A stretch of 64,000 nt of DNA from Eledone cirrhosa (taxonomy: Eukaryota). Location: the NCBI GenBank assembly GCA_964016885.1, contig OZ024747.1, positions 84,196,001 through 84,260,000 of the forward strand, given 5' to 3'. Shown here in pieces: positions 51,757-64,000 of this stretch; positions within the stretch are counted from its first letter, which is position 1; each line of letters starts with the position of its first letter. The notes beneath the pieces were generated by a model. It made no database searches. It saw only the letters and a program-made list of their open reading frames with translations, and was not told the origin of the DNA. A program made the translations under genes and the position numbers.

Positions 51757-54542
51757 TGCAAGAGTATGTTTGTGTATACGATATGTAACACAAACTTCAA
51801 AAAACCCGACAACCACCTGATCACCTATAGATCAAGGGAGCATTCTAGTCAGATAGATTTTATCCTCATCAGGGGACGTGACAGATGGACAGTCGTAAAC
51901 ACAAAAGCCTTCCCTAGTGAGGAATGTACATCCCAACATAGCTTAGTTGTCAGCGACCTCACAGTCAGAACTAGACGAACCTGGAAACAGAGGCCAACCT
52001 GGAGAAGAAAGATCTGGAAGCTGAAAGACCCCTCAACCAGTAACAGATTTAAAGATATTTTACTCAACGCCTACGATAGTAAAGAAGAACAGATAGAGAC
52101 ATTCAATGTAGAAGAGAACTGGGAGTTCCTAAAAAATAACTTACTAGAGGCGACGGATGAGGTCTGTGGCTGGAGTAAGACCACAAGCAGGAGGAGAGTG
52201 ACTTGGTGGTGGAACAATAAGGTAGATGAGGCAGTTAAGGCCAAGAGACAGGCATGGAAAGAATGGAAGAACGGGGGGAGCAGGGTACATTACATAGAGA
52301 CCAAGAGGGAAGCTAGGCGACAAGTATACTTAGCTAGGAGGGAAGCAGAGGATAGAAAATTCAAGCATGTTTTGCAACGTGAGGACCAGAAACAGGAGGT
52401 GTTCAAGATTGCGAGGCAGTGTGTCAGAGAGAATTGTGATGTCATTGGAGAGAAGTGTATCCGGAATGATAAAGGTGAGCTTGCCCTCACAAGTGCTGAG
52501 AAGAAAGATGCATGGAAGAGTCATTATGATAAATTACTAAATGAGGGGAATGCATGGGAAGAAGAGACCCTACCCCAAGTAGACCCTATAGAGGGGCCAG
52601 CAGTACAAGTCAGCAGCGGCGTAGTAAGTAAGGCAATCAAAGATATGAAGATGGGGAAGGCAACCGGTCCATCGGATATAGCTGCCGAGATGCTGAAGGC
52701 ATCTGGGTCTGTAGGTCACACTATAACCACACATATTGTTAACCAGGTAATACTAGGTGTCATATCAAAAGATTGGTGCAGTAGCATCATTGTCAACTGC
52801 TACAAAGGTAAAGGTGATGCACTAGATAGAGGAAACTATAGAGGTATAAAGCTGATGGACCAGGTCATGAAAGCAACAGAAAGAGTTATAGCACAGTTGA
52901 TTAGGGACCAGGTGAAACTAGACGAGATGCAATTTGGGTTTGTACAAGGAAGAGGCACCACTGATGCCCTCTTCCTTGTCAGGCAGTTACAGGAAAAGTA
53001 CCTAGCTAAAAGTAAGCCACTCTACCTGGCATTCGTCGACCTTGAGAAAGCCTTTGACAGAGTTCCACGTGCTGTAATCTGGTGGGCTCTTAGAAAACTA
53101 GGAGTAGATTAATGGCTTGTGAAAGCGGTACAAGCCATGTATAGGGGAGCAGTCAGCAAAGTTACGATTAGCAATGAGTATAGCGAGGAATTTAGCATAC
53201 AGGTTGGGGTCCACCAGGGCTCTGTTCTTAGCCCCCTCCTGTTCATCATAGTCCTGCAGGCAATAACGGAGGAGTGTAAGACCGGATGCCCATGGGAACT
53301 CCTGTATGCTGATGACCTTGCACTTATAGCTGAATCTATGGTAGAACTAGAGAAGAAATTCCAAACTTGGAAGCAGGGACTAGAAAGAAAGGGTCTCAAA
53401 GTCAACATGACAAAGACTAAGGTCCTTGTAAGTAGACGAGAAAACAGAACCCAGATCCCCTCAGGGAAATGGCCTTGCTCAGTATGTAGGAAATGTGTAG
53501 GTAGGAACTCCATTCTCTGCCCCAAATGCAAACAATGGGTACACAAGAGATGTAGCGGGATCTCAGGAAGCTTAATTAAGAATGTAGGCTTCACATGCAG
53601 CAGCTGTGCTGGGACAGCAAGCAGCAAACAGCCACAGGAAACAAGTACCACCAATCTCTGGGAGGGCTCTGTAGAAACAGTAGACAGCTTCTGCTACCTA
53701 GGTGACGGAATTAGCAGCGGAGGTGGGTGTTCAGAAAGTACAATAACTAGGGTAAGAACGGGATGGAAGAAGTTTAGGGAACTACTACCACTGCTAGCTG
53801 CAAAAGGCTTCTCCCTCAAAATGAAAGGCAAACTGTATGATGCGTGTATCCGAACAGCGATGTTGCATGGTAGTGAGACCTGGGCGTTGAAGGTGGAAGA
53901 CTTACGTAGATTAGAGAGAAACGAAGCCTGCATGCTCCGATGGATGTGTAATAGTAATATGCGCGAATAACAAAGCATAAATGAATTGAGAGAGAGACTG
54001 AGCATAAGAGGAATCAAATGCTGTGTGCAGGAGAGGCGGTTGCGTTGGAATGGACATGTGCTGCGTATGAAGGATGACAGCTGCATAAAAAGGTGCAGAG
54101 CACTAGAAGTCGATGGAAACCACGGAGTGGGGAGACCCAAGATGACCTGGGATGAGGTGATAAAAGCCGACCTTACCCAATTACACCTCTCAAAGGCGAT
54201 GACACACGACCGTGACCTCTGGCATCACGCAGTAATACAGAGTACCCGACCTCCCATGGGTACAAGCTGAAGCATATAGACAATATGCCCCCACACCCTC
54301 CACTGCAAAAAAGCACCCAGCCCACACTGTAAAGTGGATGTGTAGGCGCCACGAAAAAGCACCCTGCACTCACTGTAAATGAGGTTGGTGTTAGGAAGGG
54401 CATCCAGCTGTAGAAATCAAGCCAAATCAGTTCCTGTATGAGCAAGACATGGTCAGTCGACCAGACACTGCCCACAACAGGACAACCCGTCTAACTCATG
54501 CTAGCGTAGAAGAACGGACATAAAACGATGATGATGATGATG
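51757..54542 (+). mobile_element. 5'-truncated RTE-clade LINE: end of APE endonuclease, RT, PHD-type finger; two in-frame stops
   Basis: One reading frame to 54270 interrupted by TAA at 53110 and 53968. Motifs SQIDFIL, NYRGIKL, AFVDLEKAFDRVP, GVHQGSVLSPLLF and LLYADD (YADD at 53305), (GAT)n tail. Confidence 0.96.
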
Positions 54543-54615
54543 TATTTGCATGTGTGCAAGTACATAGATAGAAGTTAATATTACAAGAAAACAGACAACT
54601 TCAGAAATGCTTTAA

Positions 54616-54832
54616 CCCTTTAATGTTCAAACTGGCCAAAACCGGCCAGCATTCTCCACCTCTTCTGTTGAAACTGGCTGTAACCGGTCGCTCAAACTAA
54701 TGCTAAGGTATTGTTCTCAAAATAAATACTTTCAAAATCTCATAGATTTGATATTATGTGATAATTATGTGAGGTAAAGCCTTTACCATGAAAATATAAT
54801 AGTATATATAGAGTAATGTAAATGCTAAAGGG
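54616..54832. mobile_element. piggyBac-like MITE
   Basis: TTAA TSD on both sides; TIRs ccctttaatgttca / taaatgctaaaggg. Confidence 0.75.
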
Positions 54833-55076
54833 TTAAATTAGACATGACATACTGATAGTTCTGTTACTTGTATTGTTTGACTTTCAGATGTAACTACGTT
54901 ATTGACATTATTGAAAATATGTAGAAAAAAATAACAAGTATTAAAATACAAAATATATGTATATGCGTATGTATGTATGGTTTGTAGTGTGGACATCATC
55001 ACCATCCAGTGGCCTCAGCCAAAATCGACTCAACAATTGATCTCCACATGGGTCTGTCATTCATTGCTGCTGCCAA

Positions 55077-55665
55077 ATCATCATCATCATCCTGGTTTAA
55101 CGTCTATCTTCCACGCTAGCATGGGTTTAGACAAGAATTGTCCCACTTGAAGCAAGATTGGTCGTCTCGCTCATATAGGACTGTCTGGCAGGTTTTCTAC
55201 GGCTGGATGCTCTTCCTAACACCAACCACGTTTACAGTGTGGGGCTGGGAGGTTTTTACCGTGTTACCTACATGGCCACATTACAGTGTGGACTGTGTGT
55301 TTTTTTGCCGTGACACCTACATGACCTCATTTATTTAGGACTGCATGTTGTGGTACCAACATAACTTTACAGGGAAAGGGGTGGTGTAGATAGGGGTGGG
55401 GGTAGGGGTAGTGGGATGGGGGTGTATTTTTGGTTAAGAGGTGCCTACAGACTGTAGGTTTCGCTTCATACTTAGGCAAGGCGGGTCTTCTGTATTACTG
55501 CATAGCGCCAAAGATCTCGGTCCAGTGACATTGTCTTGGAGAGGTGTAAGTGTGTAAGGTCAGAATTTATCAAATCGTCCCAGGTTCTTCTGGGTCTACC
55601 TACTCCGTAGCTTCCATCAATTTTGATCGCCCTGCACTTTTTTATACAGCTGTCATCTTTCATGG
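55077..55665 (-). mobile_element. RTE LINE 3' end (related family)
   Basis: MKDDSCIKKCRAIKIDGSYGVGRPRRTWDD...DRDLWR, then 3' UTR and (GAT)n tail. Confidence 0.9.
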
Positions 55666-55778
55666 ATTTCAATACCAGAATCTCTGGACATAGCATAGCC
55701 AGATGATTAAAAGGTTTGTTTTAGAACCATTAAGTCCCAGGTCCGATCATCATCACCACCATCATCATCATCACCACC

Positions 55779-55915
55779 AAAAGGACCGCTTTTATGAACA
55801 ACTTTTACAGACAACTTCAGTAACTGATGGCGGAGACCTTATCATCATACCAGGTGACTTCAATTTATATGTTGGACATCACAAGGATGGCTACACAGTG
55901 GTAATGGGGCTGTCT
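55779..55915 (+). pseudogene. RTE APE endonuclease fragment
   Basis: KDRFYEQLLQ...IIIPGDFNLYVG. Confidence 0.75.
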
Positions 55916-56734
55916 CCTGCAGACAAGACCGCAAAAGCATTCCCGTGGACAATGGCCAGCAACACCCACTGCAACAGCCAACCCACCTCGCAAGGCTTAA
56001 AGAAAATAAAATGAAATATAGAAGGTTTATGATTTTGAACACCTTCTGCTAAATTTAAGGGATAAACACTCTGCAAGAGCTGATTCATCTCATTTTTCTA
56101 ACCTATAGATCAACAGACTAATTTAATTCCTTTACTGCCAGACAGATGGAGCCAAAACACTGTTGTCTGGTGGAAATAGGGAGGGGAAGTTATGGAAAAT
56201 ACCTGGCAAAGGGAAGTAGGAGGTATGAAATAAAAAGAGGAAGATGGTGGAGTAGAGGAAGAGGAAATACAAATTATTCAGCCATTAATTTTAATTTAGT
56301 GCAAATATAAATAAAATAAATTAAATATTTGAAAGAAGAAATATATTAAAACAAGGAAAAAAAACAAGAAAACTTATGAAAATACAAAATACATCTTCAT
56401 TTTAAAAAAAAAATGAAATAAAGAAACAAATTCTTCACATCTTAAAAATATAGAAACAGCAACAACAATAATAATGATGATGATAATAATGATTTCATAA
56501 TAATAATTTGGGGAAGTATTTTTTGCTTTGTTTATTTTATATATATATATATCTATATATATCTATATCTATATCTATATATTGTTATGCTTTGGGAGGG
56601 TCATGTTGCCAATAAGAAACACACGCACCAGTTGCTTTCACTCCAATTTATTATAAATTAAATTTATAAATTTAAGAATTTATAAATTTCCGGTTGGTTG
56701 GTTGGTTCCACAACCAGACGATTGTTCATATATT

Positions 56735-56777
56735 GTCAAAGTTCTTTCGTCACACATTATGTGACCTCTTCAGTGAC
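56735..56777 (-). ncRNA. Type I hammerhead in PLE terminal repeat
   Basis: GTCA CTGAAGA g GTCACA taatg TGTGAC GAAA GAAC TT TGAC. Confidence 0.82.
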
Positions 56778-58498
56778 TGGGATTCTTTTCTTTGTTTTTG
56801 TGCCTCTCCTTTGTTCTGTCCTACGCCATCTTGTTTTTGTGTGTGCTGTGTGCTTAGTTTGCGCATGTGTTACATCCGGGTGTCTGTGTGTGTTTATATT
56901 TGTTTATTTATTTGTTTATTTACATGTTACTGGTTGGTTGTTTGTTCTATGTGTGTGTGTGTTTTCATTTTGTCCTTAATTGTTGTGATGTTGCTATTCC
57001 GTTCATGTTTTCTATTTAATTTTGGTTGGAGTTCATTTATGTTTATTGCCTCTGTGATTTGTCTAAACATTGCGTCTTTTCTGTGTGTAGATTCTATTTT
57101 TATTTCTATGTTCTCTAATTTACCCTTATGTTCTATTTTAGCATGTTGGTGGAGTACAGATGATTCTTTACAATCTTGAAGCTCTCGCCAGTGTTTTCAT
57201 TTATCCGTTCTCCTATACTACGAGCTGTCTCACCTATGTACACTATATTCTTATCTCTACATTGTCCTTCAGTACACATCTTATGCTATATACTACATTT
57301 CTAGTTTTACAGTTAATATGGGGGCTTAGTTTACAGATTATACATTTCTTATCTATACAGGGAGGTCTTTGAAAAGGGTATGTATTGCTAATAAGTGTTT
57401 TTATGGAGGTACCTGGTCTTTCTACTATCTTAATATTGAGTTTATGTTTATCTAGGGCCCTTCTAAATTTGTAAGCTAATTCACCTCTAGGGGTTGTATT
57501 GATGAACATTACACTCTGGTATTTATTGCTATCATACCATGAGTTTATTCTATTAACCTTATTCTTAGTTCTTTCTATTCTATTCCAAAATTTGGTCCTA
57601 TACAAGGGGTAGGTCCCATTTGTATCATTATTTACCATTTGGTTCTGGCTCCTCTATATATACTCTGATTTTATCTCTCTGATTGTAACCAGAGAACTGC
57701 ATACGGTGGATGAAGTGTTGTATGTGTCTCTCTAGTTCTTTGGGGTTGCACATGCGGGACACGTTTCTCATCACCTGTACCAAATCCGCAATCAGTATGT
57801 TGATTTTGGTGTGGTCCGAAACAGCTGAATTTCGGTGGATCAGATATTTGGAAGTCATGGGTTTGGCATAATGGGAATGGAGGATTTGTTTTTTGTTATT
57901 AATGGTATCTAACCAGAGTTCTGTGTCTAGTACAGGTAATCGATGGTTGGGGTGTTTGCTTGGGTAGTCTATAGTAACTCTAATACTCTGGTGGATGGAG
58001 TTTGCTATTTGCTGGATGCTTTCCATGGTGTTTTTCTCTAATTCCTGACTGTTCTCTAGTGGGGGTATTTTTACTACGATGTAAATGAACACTGGCGAGA
58101 GCTTCAAGATAGTAAAGAATCATCTGTACTCCACCAACATGCTAAAATAGAACATAAGGGTAAATTAGAGAACATAGAAATAAAAATAGAATCTACACAC
58201 AGAAAAGACGCAATGTTTAGACAAATCACAGAGGCAATAAACATAAATGAACTCCAACCAAAATTAAATAGAAAACATGAACGGAATAGCAACATCACAA
58301 CTTACAATTAAGGACAAAATGAAAACACACACACACATAGAACAAACAACCAACCAGTAACATGTAAATAAACAAATATAAACACACACAGACACCCGGA
58401 TGTAACACATGCGCAAACTAAGCACACAACACACACAAAAACAAGATGGCGTAGGACAGAACAAAGGAGAGGCACAAAAACAAAGAAAAGAATCCCCA

Positions 58499-58541
58499 GT
58501 CACTGAAGAGGTCACATAATGTGTGACGAAAGAACTTTGAC
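58499..58541 (+). ncRNA. Type I hammerhead in inverted PLE arm
   Basis: Same motif on the plus strand. Confidence 0.82.
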
Positions 58542-59458
58542 AATATATGAACAATCGTCTGGTTGTGGAACCAACCAACCAACCGGAAATTTATAAATTC
58601 TTAAATTTATAATAAATTGGAGTGAAAGCAACTGGTGCGTGTGTTTCTTATTGGCAACATTACCCTCCCAAAGCATAACAATATCGGTTTCAATACACGT
58701 TTTCAGATAAAGAATATTGCTAAACAAATTCAGAAACAAAATATATATTTATATTTATATAAATATTATATATACATATTTTGCCCAATTTGTTGAATTC
58801 CTGAATTCTAACTGAAGACCATATGCCCTGATTATTCCTCCCAATTCTGTGTTGATTTTCCTCTTCTCTTTTAAACCCACACCCGACCCTCACCTTTGCT
58901 ATTTAGTGTCTTGGAATTCTTATCTGATGTGTCCTTTCTATGAACATTACAGAAACAAAACCAGGAATATATTCAAAACAAGTCTCACCAATCAGTAAGA
59001 TGTGACCAGAAGTTTCTCAGGTTCAATTTACATAAAGCAAACTACCTGAGAAAGACTTTAGTCGTGTTTTTGTTTGTTTTGCACCCAAACTAATTTATAT
59101 TATAACTGTATAACCTTTTTGGGTGTCTGTCAAAAGAAAACTCAATCAAAAACAACAAAAAGACCTTGTCACTCAGATGTGACCAGAAGATTCTCACCAA
59201 TCACTTTACATATCATGAAAGAAGCTTTAAGTTATGTTTCTAAAACTAGATAAATAATGAGTAAGTTAGTTACTTCACTATATGTCTTCAAATTTTGATT
59301 ATTTTCATAAATATTTGAGAATTATAGACAGTGTCTCTCATTAGAAATATGGTAATGAAAGGTTTTAGTTATAATAGTCTTTTTGCAAGAAAGCAATTCG
59401 ACAGATTTATCCCATTTAATTGTAGTGGACATAATAAGAAAGTAGTAGTGAAATATGA

Positions 59459-59901
59459 AATAACAATTTCTAATTTTAGGCACATGACCAGCAATTTTGG
59501 AGGAAGGGGAAAGTCAGTTGAATGACTTGACTGGTACTCTATTTTATTAACCTTTGGAAGGAAGAAAAACAAAGTTGACCTCGACAGGGTTTGAACTCAG
59601 AACATAAAGTGTTGGAACAAATACCATAAAGTATTTCATCTAATGCTTAAACAATTCCGACAATCTATTGCCCTTAATAATGAGATAATAATGGCTTCTG
59701 ATTGAGGCACAAGGGCAACAGTTTTAGAGGAGGAGAAAGTTGATTAAATCGACCCCAGTGCATTACTGGTGCTTTATTTTACCGACCCGTAAGGATGAAA
59801 AGCAAATCTAACCTTGGCAGGATTTGAACTCAAAGGACCATAACTCTATGCCACAAAGGATATTATTCGATGCTCTACCGTTACTGCTAATCTACCACCC
59901 T
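59459..59901 (-). mobile_element. Two tandem SINE A copies
   Basis: Tail-centre-head twice. Confidence 0.85.
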
Positions 59902-60711
59902 GGTGGTGATATAATAATAATAATTTAATATGATGTAAAACAGCAAATGTTACATAAATTGTAAAAGTACAGATTCAATTTAACACTTCATACAGGAGAA
60001 ATTGGTTTCAAATTGTCAACCTTGATTATAGAAAGGTACAAATATACCTGTAATAACGTTCATTGATTAATTCATATGATGATTCCCCTGTCAGTGCTAA
60101 ATGTTTTGGGAAAAAAAGAGGAAATAAACTTTTTTTGCTGTTTTTATGGGGAAATGGCATAAAATGAAATATATTGCTTTGGTGATTCTTTCAGCATAGA
60201 ACATATTTTTTTTGTTCTATTACTTTTTTAGATTAACTGGGAAGAAAATTTTGTACTGGTAATGTGAAATGGCTTAGTTCTTTTGGTACAGATAATTATT
60301 ATTTGACAGAGGAATGTGTAGCATTTGTCAATGAGAGAGAAAGAACACAGTGTTTAACATTTTCAATCTAAAGCCAAGTAGTTTAACAAGAAACATATTT
60401 TCAAAAACAAAATAGCAGGCAATAGTTAAGTGATAAACCTTATTTCAAAGGATTGCGCTAACAACATATGATCCGTCAGTCAACTCAATTAGTTCAAACC
60501 ACAAATCAAACTTGTGGGTGTGAGTCCTTGGCACTGGAACACCACTGGAAATTCTCCCTTTATGAACAATTCACTACAAGCTTTCATGATTTCAATACTC
60601 AAGTCCTTTCAATATCTTTTCAATACCAACCCACCTAAGACTGTCCATAATTCTATAATATAAAATCTTGCAAGAATCTACATTACTAAAGAGTTAGTTC
60701 TGAAACAGACT

Positions 60712-62384
60712 AGAATGTTTGGAAATGTTTGGTATTGCAGCTAACGTTAGACAGTTTCTGGTGAGCTGTATGGATGATTGGAAGACTGAGCTGACATCAT
60801 GTAGACAAACATTGGGAGTTGTGAAGATCAAGAGAGGAATATTTCACGGAGACAGTCTTTCACCTTTGCTGTTTGTACAGTGTATGATTCCACTTTCATT
60901 GGTGTTGAGGTCGAAGGCTGGTTACGAGTGGGGAGGACACGAGTTTAAAATAAACACCCATTGTTCATGGATGACCTAAAACTTTATGGGAAATCCTATG
61001 AACATATTGATTCCCATGTACAGATAGTTCATACATTCAGTACAGGCATAGGAATGGAATTTGGCAAAAAAAGTGTGTGGTGCTACTATTAAAGCGAGGT
61101 AGTATTAATAAGATGGAAGGAATTGAATTACCAGATGGACAAGTTATGAAGGAAATTGATGACAATGGGTATAAGTAATTAGACATCCTGGAAATAAACT
61201 AAATGAAAGAGAAGGAAGTGAAAGAATTATTAACAAAGGAATATAAACAGAGACTTGGTGTTAAAGACCAAGTTAAATGGTAGGAATAAGATACTGGCTA
61301 TCAACACATGGGCTATTGCAGTGCTAAGGTATAGCACTGGTGTGATAGAGTGGATATGTAATGGACTTAGGGAGCTTGATAGGAAAACCAGGAAAATGAT
61401 GACACTACAAGGGGCTCTACACCCCAAAAGTGACGTGGCAGGAGTAAGAAAGATAAAGGTCCTAAACAGTGATGAAACAAAGGAAAAGGGAGAATTTAAA
61501 CAAGACAGACAGAATGACACAGTGAATAGATGGAAGAAAAGAAAATGTATAGTCAATTCTTATGTGAAATACCTGAGACAGTTGACAAAGAGGAACTGGG
61601 AATGGACGAGGAAAAGTGACTTAAAAGTTGAAACTGAGGCCCTTATTTTCACAGCCCAGGAACAGGCGCTGAGAACAAACTATATCAAGTTCAATATTGA
61701 CAAATCAGTGAGTTCCCCACTTTGTAGGGTGTGTGGTGAGAAAGGTAAGACATTAAACCACATTATTAGTGAATATAAGATATTTTCTCAGAAAGAGTAC
61801 AAGAGAAAGCACGACATTGCCAGATTGGTTCATTAGAAGCTCTGTCATAAGTATGACATGAGCAGAAGTGAGAAATGGTATAAACACCAACCAGAAAGGG
61901 TGGCTGAAAATGAACAGTATAACTTCTTGTGGGACATGACCATCCAGTGCGACCTTTTATCGTGGTTAGAAAGCCTGACATTGTTGTTGTAGAAAAGAAA
62001 AATAACAAGGCATGTATTGTGGATATTGCTTCACCATGGGACTGCAGGGTGAATGAGAAGGAAAGTGAGAAAGATGAAAAATACCAGATGAAGAGAGAAA
62101 TTAGGAAACTATGGAGAATCAGTCACATAGAAGTGACACCAATTGTGGTTGATGTACTGGGATCACTTAGTAGAAGGTTGGATGCAAGGCTTGAGAAGCT
62201 AGGAATTACCATCAGGACAGGATTATAGCAGAAAACAGCCTTAATGGGAAGAGCAAGAATTCTAAGAAGGGTGTTGGAAAGTTGAAGGAGAAGGAATGAC
62301 CCAAAGGACCTTTGGCCATTGGCTATGGTTCGCTCTTTTGGTAAAGAGTTGTTATAACATTAGCCAGAACAAAAACATTAAAAG
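60712..62384 (+). mobile_element. Degenerate R4/Dong-like LINE (RT, CCHC, restriction-like endonuclease)
   Basis: RGIFHGDSLSPLLF, FMDDLKL, LDRKTRK, AQEQALRT, CRVC..H and RKPDIVV..D..EK..KY, with frameshifts; ends in (TAA)n. Confidence 0.92.
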
Positions 62385-62385
62385 T

Positions 62386-62578
62386 AATAATAATAATAAT
62401 TGTTTCTACTTTTGGCACAAGGCCAGCAATTACCCAGTACATTACTGGTACTTATTTTATCGACCCCATGAGGATGAAAGGCAAAGTTAACCTCGGCGGG
62501 ATTTTAACTCAGACCTTAAAGGGACGTAACTATGCTAGAAAGCATGGCGTCCAACCCTCTACCGATACTGCCAATTCA
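62386..62578 (-). mobile_element. SINE A
   Basis: Full copy; its (ATT)n tail abuts the LINE end. Confidence 0.92.
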
Positions 62579-63121
62579 CTGATCTCATTTACTGGCCGTA
62601 AGGGCCGACATGTAGGGGACAAAATGGTAGATAATAAAAATGACATAACAAACAACTTAGGTTTCTTAAAATGTTCTTCTTCAACGAAACAAATATAAAA
62701 AGAAATTAAAATAATTTAAAAAAAAGACACACTAAAATAAAATACAAATATAATATAACTATATACTATACAAAGAAAATCTCCAGTTTCAAAGAGCTCA
62801 CTTTGATAGTTTAAGTTGCTGGCTCTTAACGGTTGAACAGATATGCAGATGGCATCTCAGCAATATCAACATCAAACAAAACATTATCCATCACCCTATA
62901 ATAAATACCCCAGCAATCATTTTATTTACTTGTTTTACTATTTATTTTGTTTGTGTGTTTATGTATGTCTGTATATATGTGTGTATGTATGTTTGTATAT
63001 GTGTGTATGTATGTTTGTATGTATGTGTGTATGTATGTCTGTATATATGTGTGTATGTATGTCTGTATATATGTGTGTATGTATGTATGTATGTATGTAT
63101 GTTTATATATATGTATGTATG

Positions 63122-64000
63122 TTCTTCTGGTTTTATAATTTCACAAAGTTTTACCAATAGAGAGAGAGTCGGTTTCTAACATAGACACAAGATTCTCTCA
63201 TTGGAATTTACACAACATCAACTAGGTAGATATGTATGTATGCATGCATGTGTAGAGATGGATGTTATTGTATGTGTGGATGTGGATGTTTTGAGTTGTA
63301 TGTGTGCATGTGTATATGCTTTGTATCTGTACATGTGTATATGCAGTTATTAGATGCAACATTTTTGGAATGTTTTACATATTTTTACTGTTCCATTAAT
63401 GGATTGTACTTGTAGTTTCCTAACTAGTTGTGTTCTTTCTGTTCCCGTGAAGCCTAGCTTCTCAAGATTTGTATTGAGGCAGTTACTAACATATCCCAGT
63501 GCCCCAATAATCACAGGCATAAATCTGAAGTGTAATCAGGGTGGAGTATCTGCAGATTTCTCATCAGTTCTGCATAAATATTCTCCTTTTCACTAATCTT
63601 TGATATTATATTGGCATCTGCTGGGCAGCTAATTTCCACTACTGTGCATGTTTTCTTCTCCCTGTCCCATATCATATTTGGTCTGTTATGCCTGCATTTT
63701 ATTGGGGTTTATACTGGAACATTCCCCCAGTACTCTTTCATATTATGTACATGGATGTATTCCACATTGTTGTAGCTTTTAATGTGTTTATTATCGGGGC
63801 TATCTTTTTTACAAACTGCATTGTACAGTGTTTTGCCCACTACATCATGCCTCATAGGTAGATAGTACCGCGATGACATCTTTGGGCAGCTGCTGATGAC
63901 ATGGGTGATATCCTTGATGTTAGTTCTGCAGAGTCTGCACTTGTTATCACATCTAGGTGTTTTGCCTGCATCCCTATCTCTTTTGTGAATCAGGTATTTC
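63122..64000 (-). mobile_element. Restriction-endonuclease-type LINE 3' part (runs off window)
   Basis: CRLC..DITHVISSC..RHD, HNRPNM..VVEISCP..EKENIY and MPVIIGALG, stop at ~63350, then 3' UTR ending in (CATA)n. Confidence 0.9.

Larger units (their letters stand above)
56579..58684 (-). mobile_element. 5'-truncated Penelope-like element with ~600 bp inverted terminal arms
   Basis: Minus strand encodes RT thumb (TIDYPS..RLPVLD..YAKPM), a Cys-rich linker and GIY-YIG (NVVYSIRC..YIGETARSIGER). Arms 56579-57203 and 58082-58684 are reverse complements. Confidence 0.93.

Noticed and set aside
53109-54475. Antisense ORFs over the RTE
   Set aside because: Shadow frames of the LINE ORF.
55915-55996. 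Cys-rich minus-strand frame (CPRECFC)
   Set aside because: All three frames are open, there is no donor site, and it abuts an RTE fragment.

Overview
AT-rich, microsatellite-dense animal genomic DNA. The SINE families, 5S sequence and repeat style suggest a coleoid cephalopod (octopus-like); this is an inference. No complete host protein-coding gene is recognisable, and most ORF-track entries are translated (TA)n/(CA)n/(GA)n repeats. The window is dominated by mobile DNA: about 35 copies of one tRNA-derived SINE; RTE, Tx1/L1-like and restriction-endonuclease-type (R4/Dong-like) LINE remnants; Penelope-like elements (PLEs) with inverted ends; a non-coding LTR element; a non-autonomous Helitron; hAT, mariner and piggyBac-like MITEs; a 5S rRNA pseudogene; and a 28S rRNA D2-like fragment. 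Best leads: (1) a 556-557 bp non-coding tandem/inverted unit carrying a type I hammerhead ribozyme (retrozyme-like, 44.2-45.7 kb); (2) a 28S-headed, internally deleted RTE element (0.77-1.65 kb); (3) a Tx1-like family whose four copies all sit in (GATA)n tracts; (4) many unrelated hammerhead-bearing islands embedded in (TA)n tracts. Coordinates were read by eye and may be off by a few bases. Family names come from motif recognition, not database searches.
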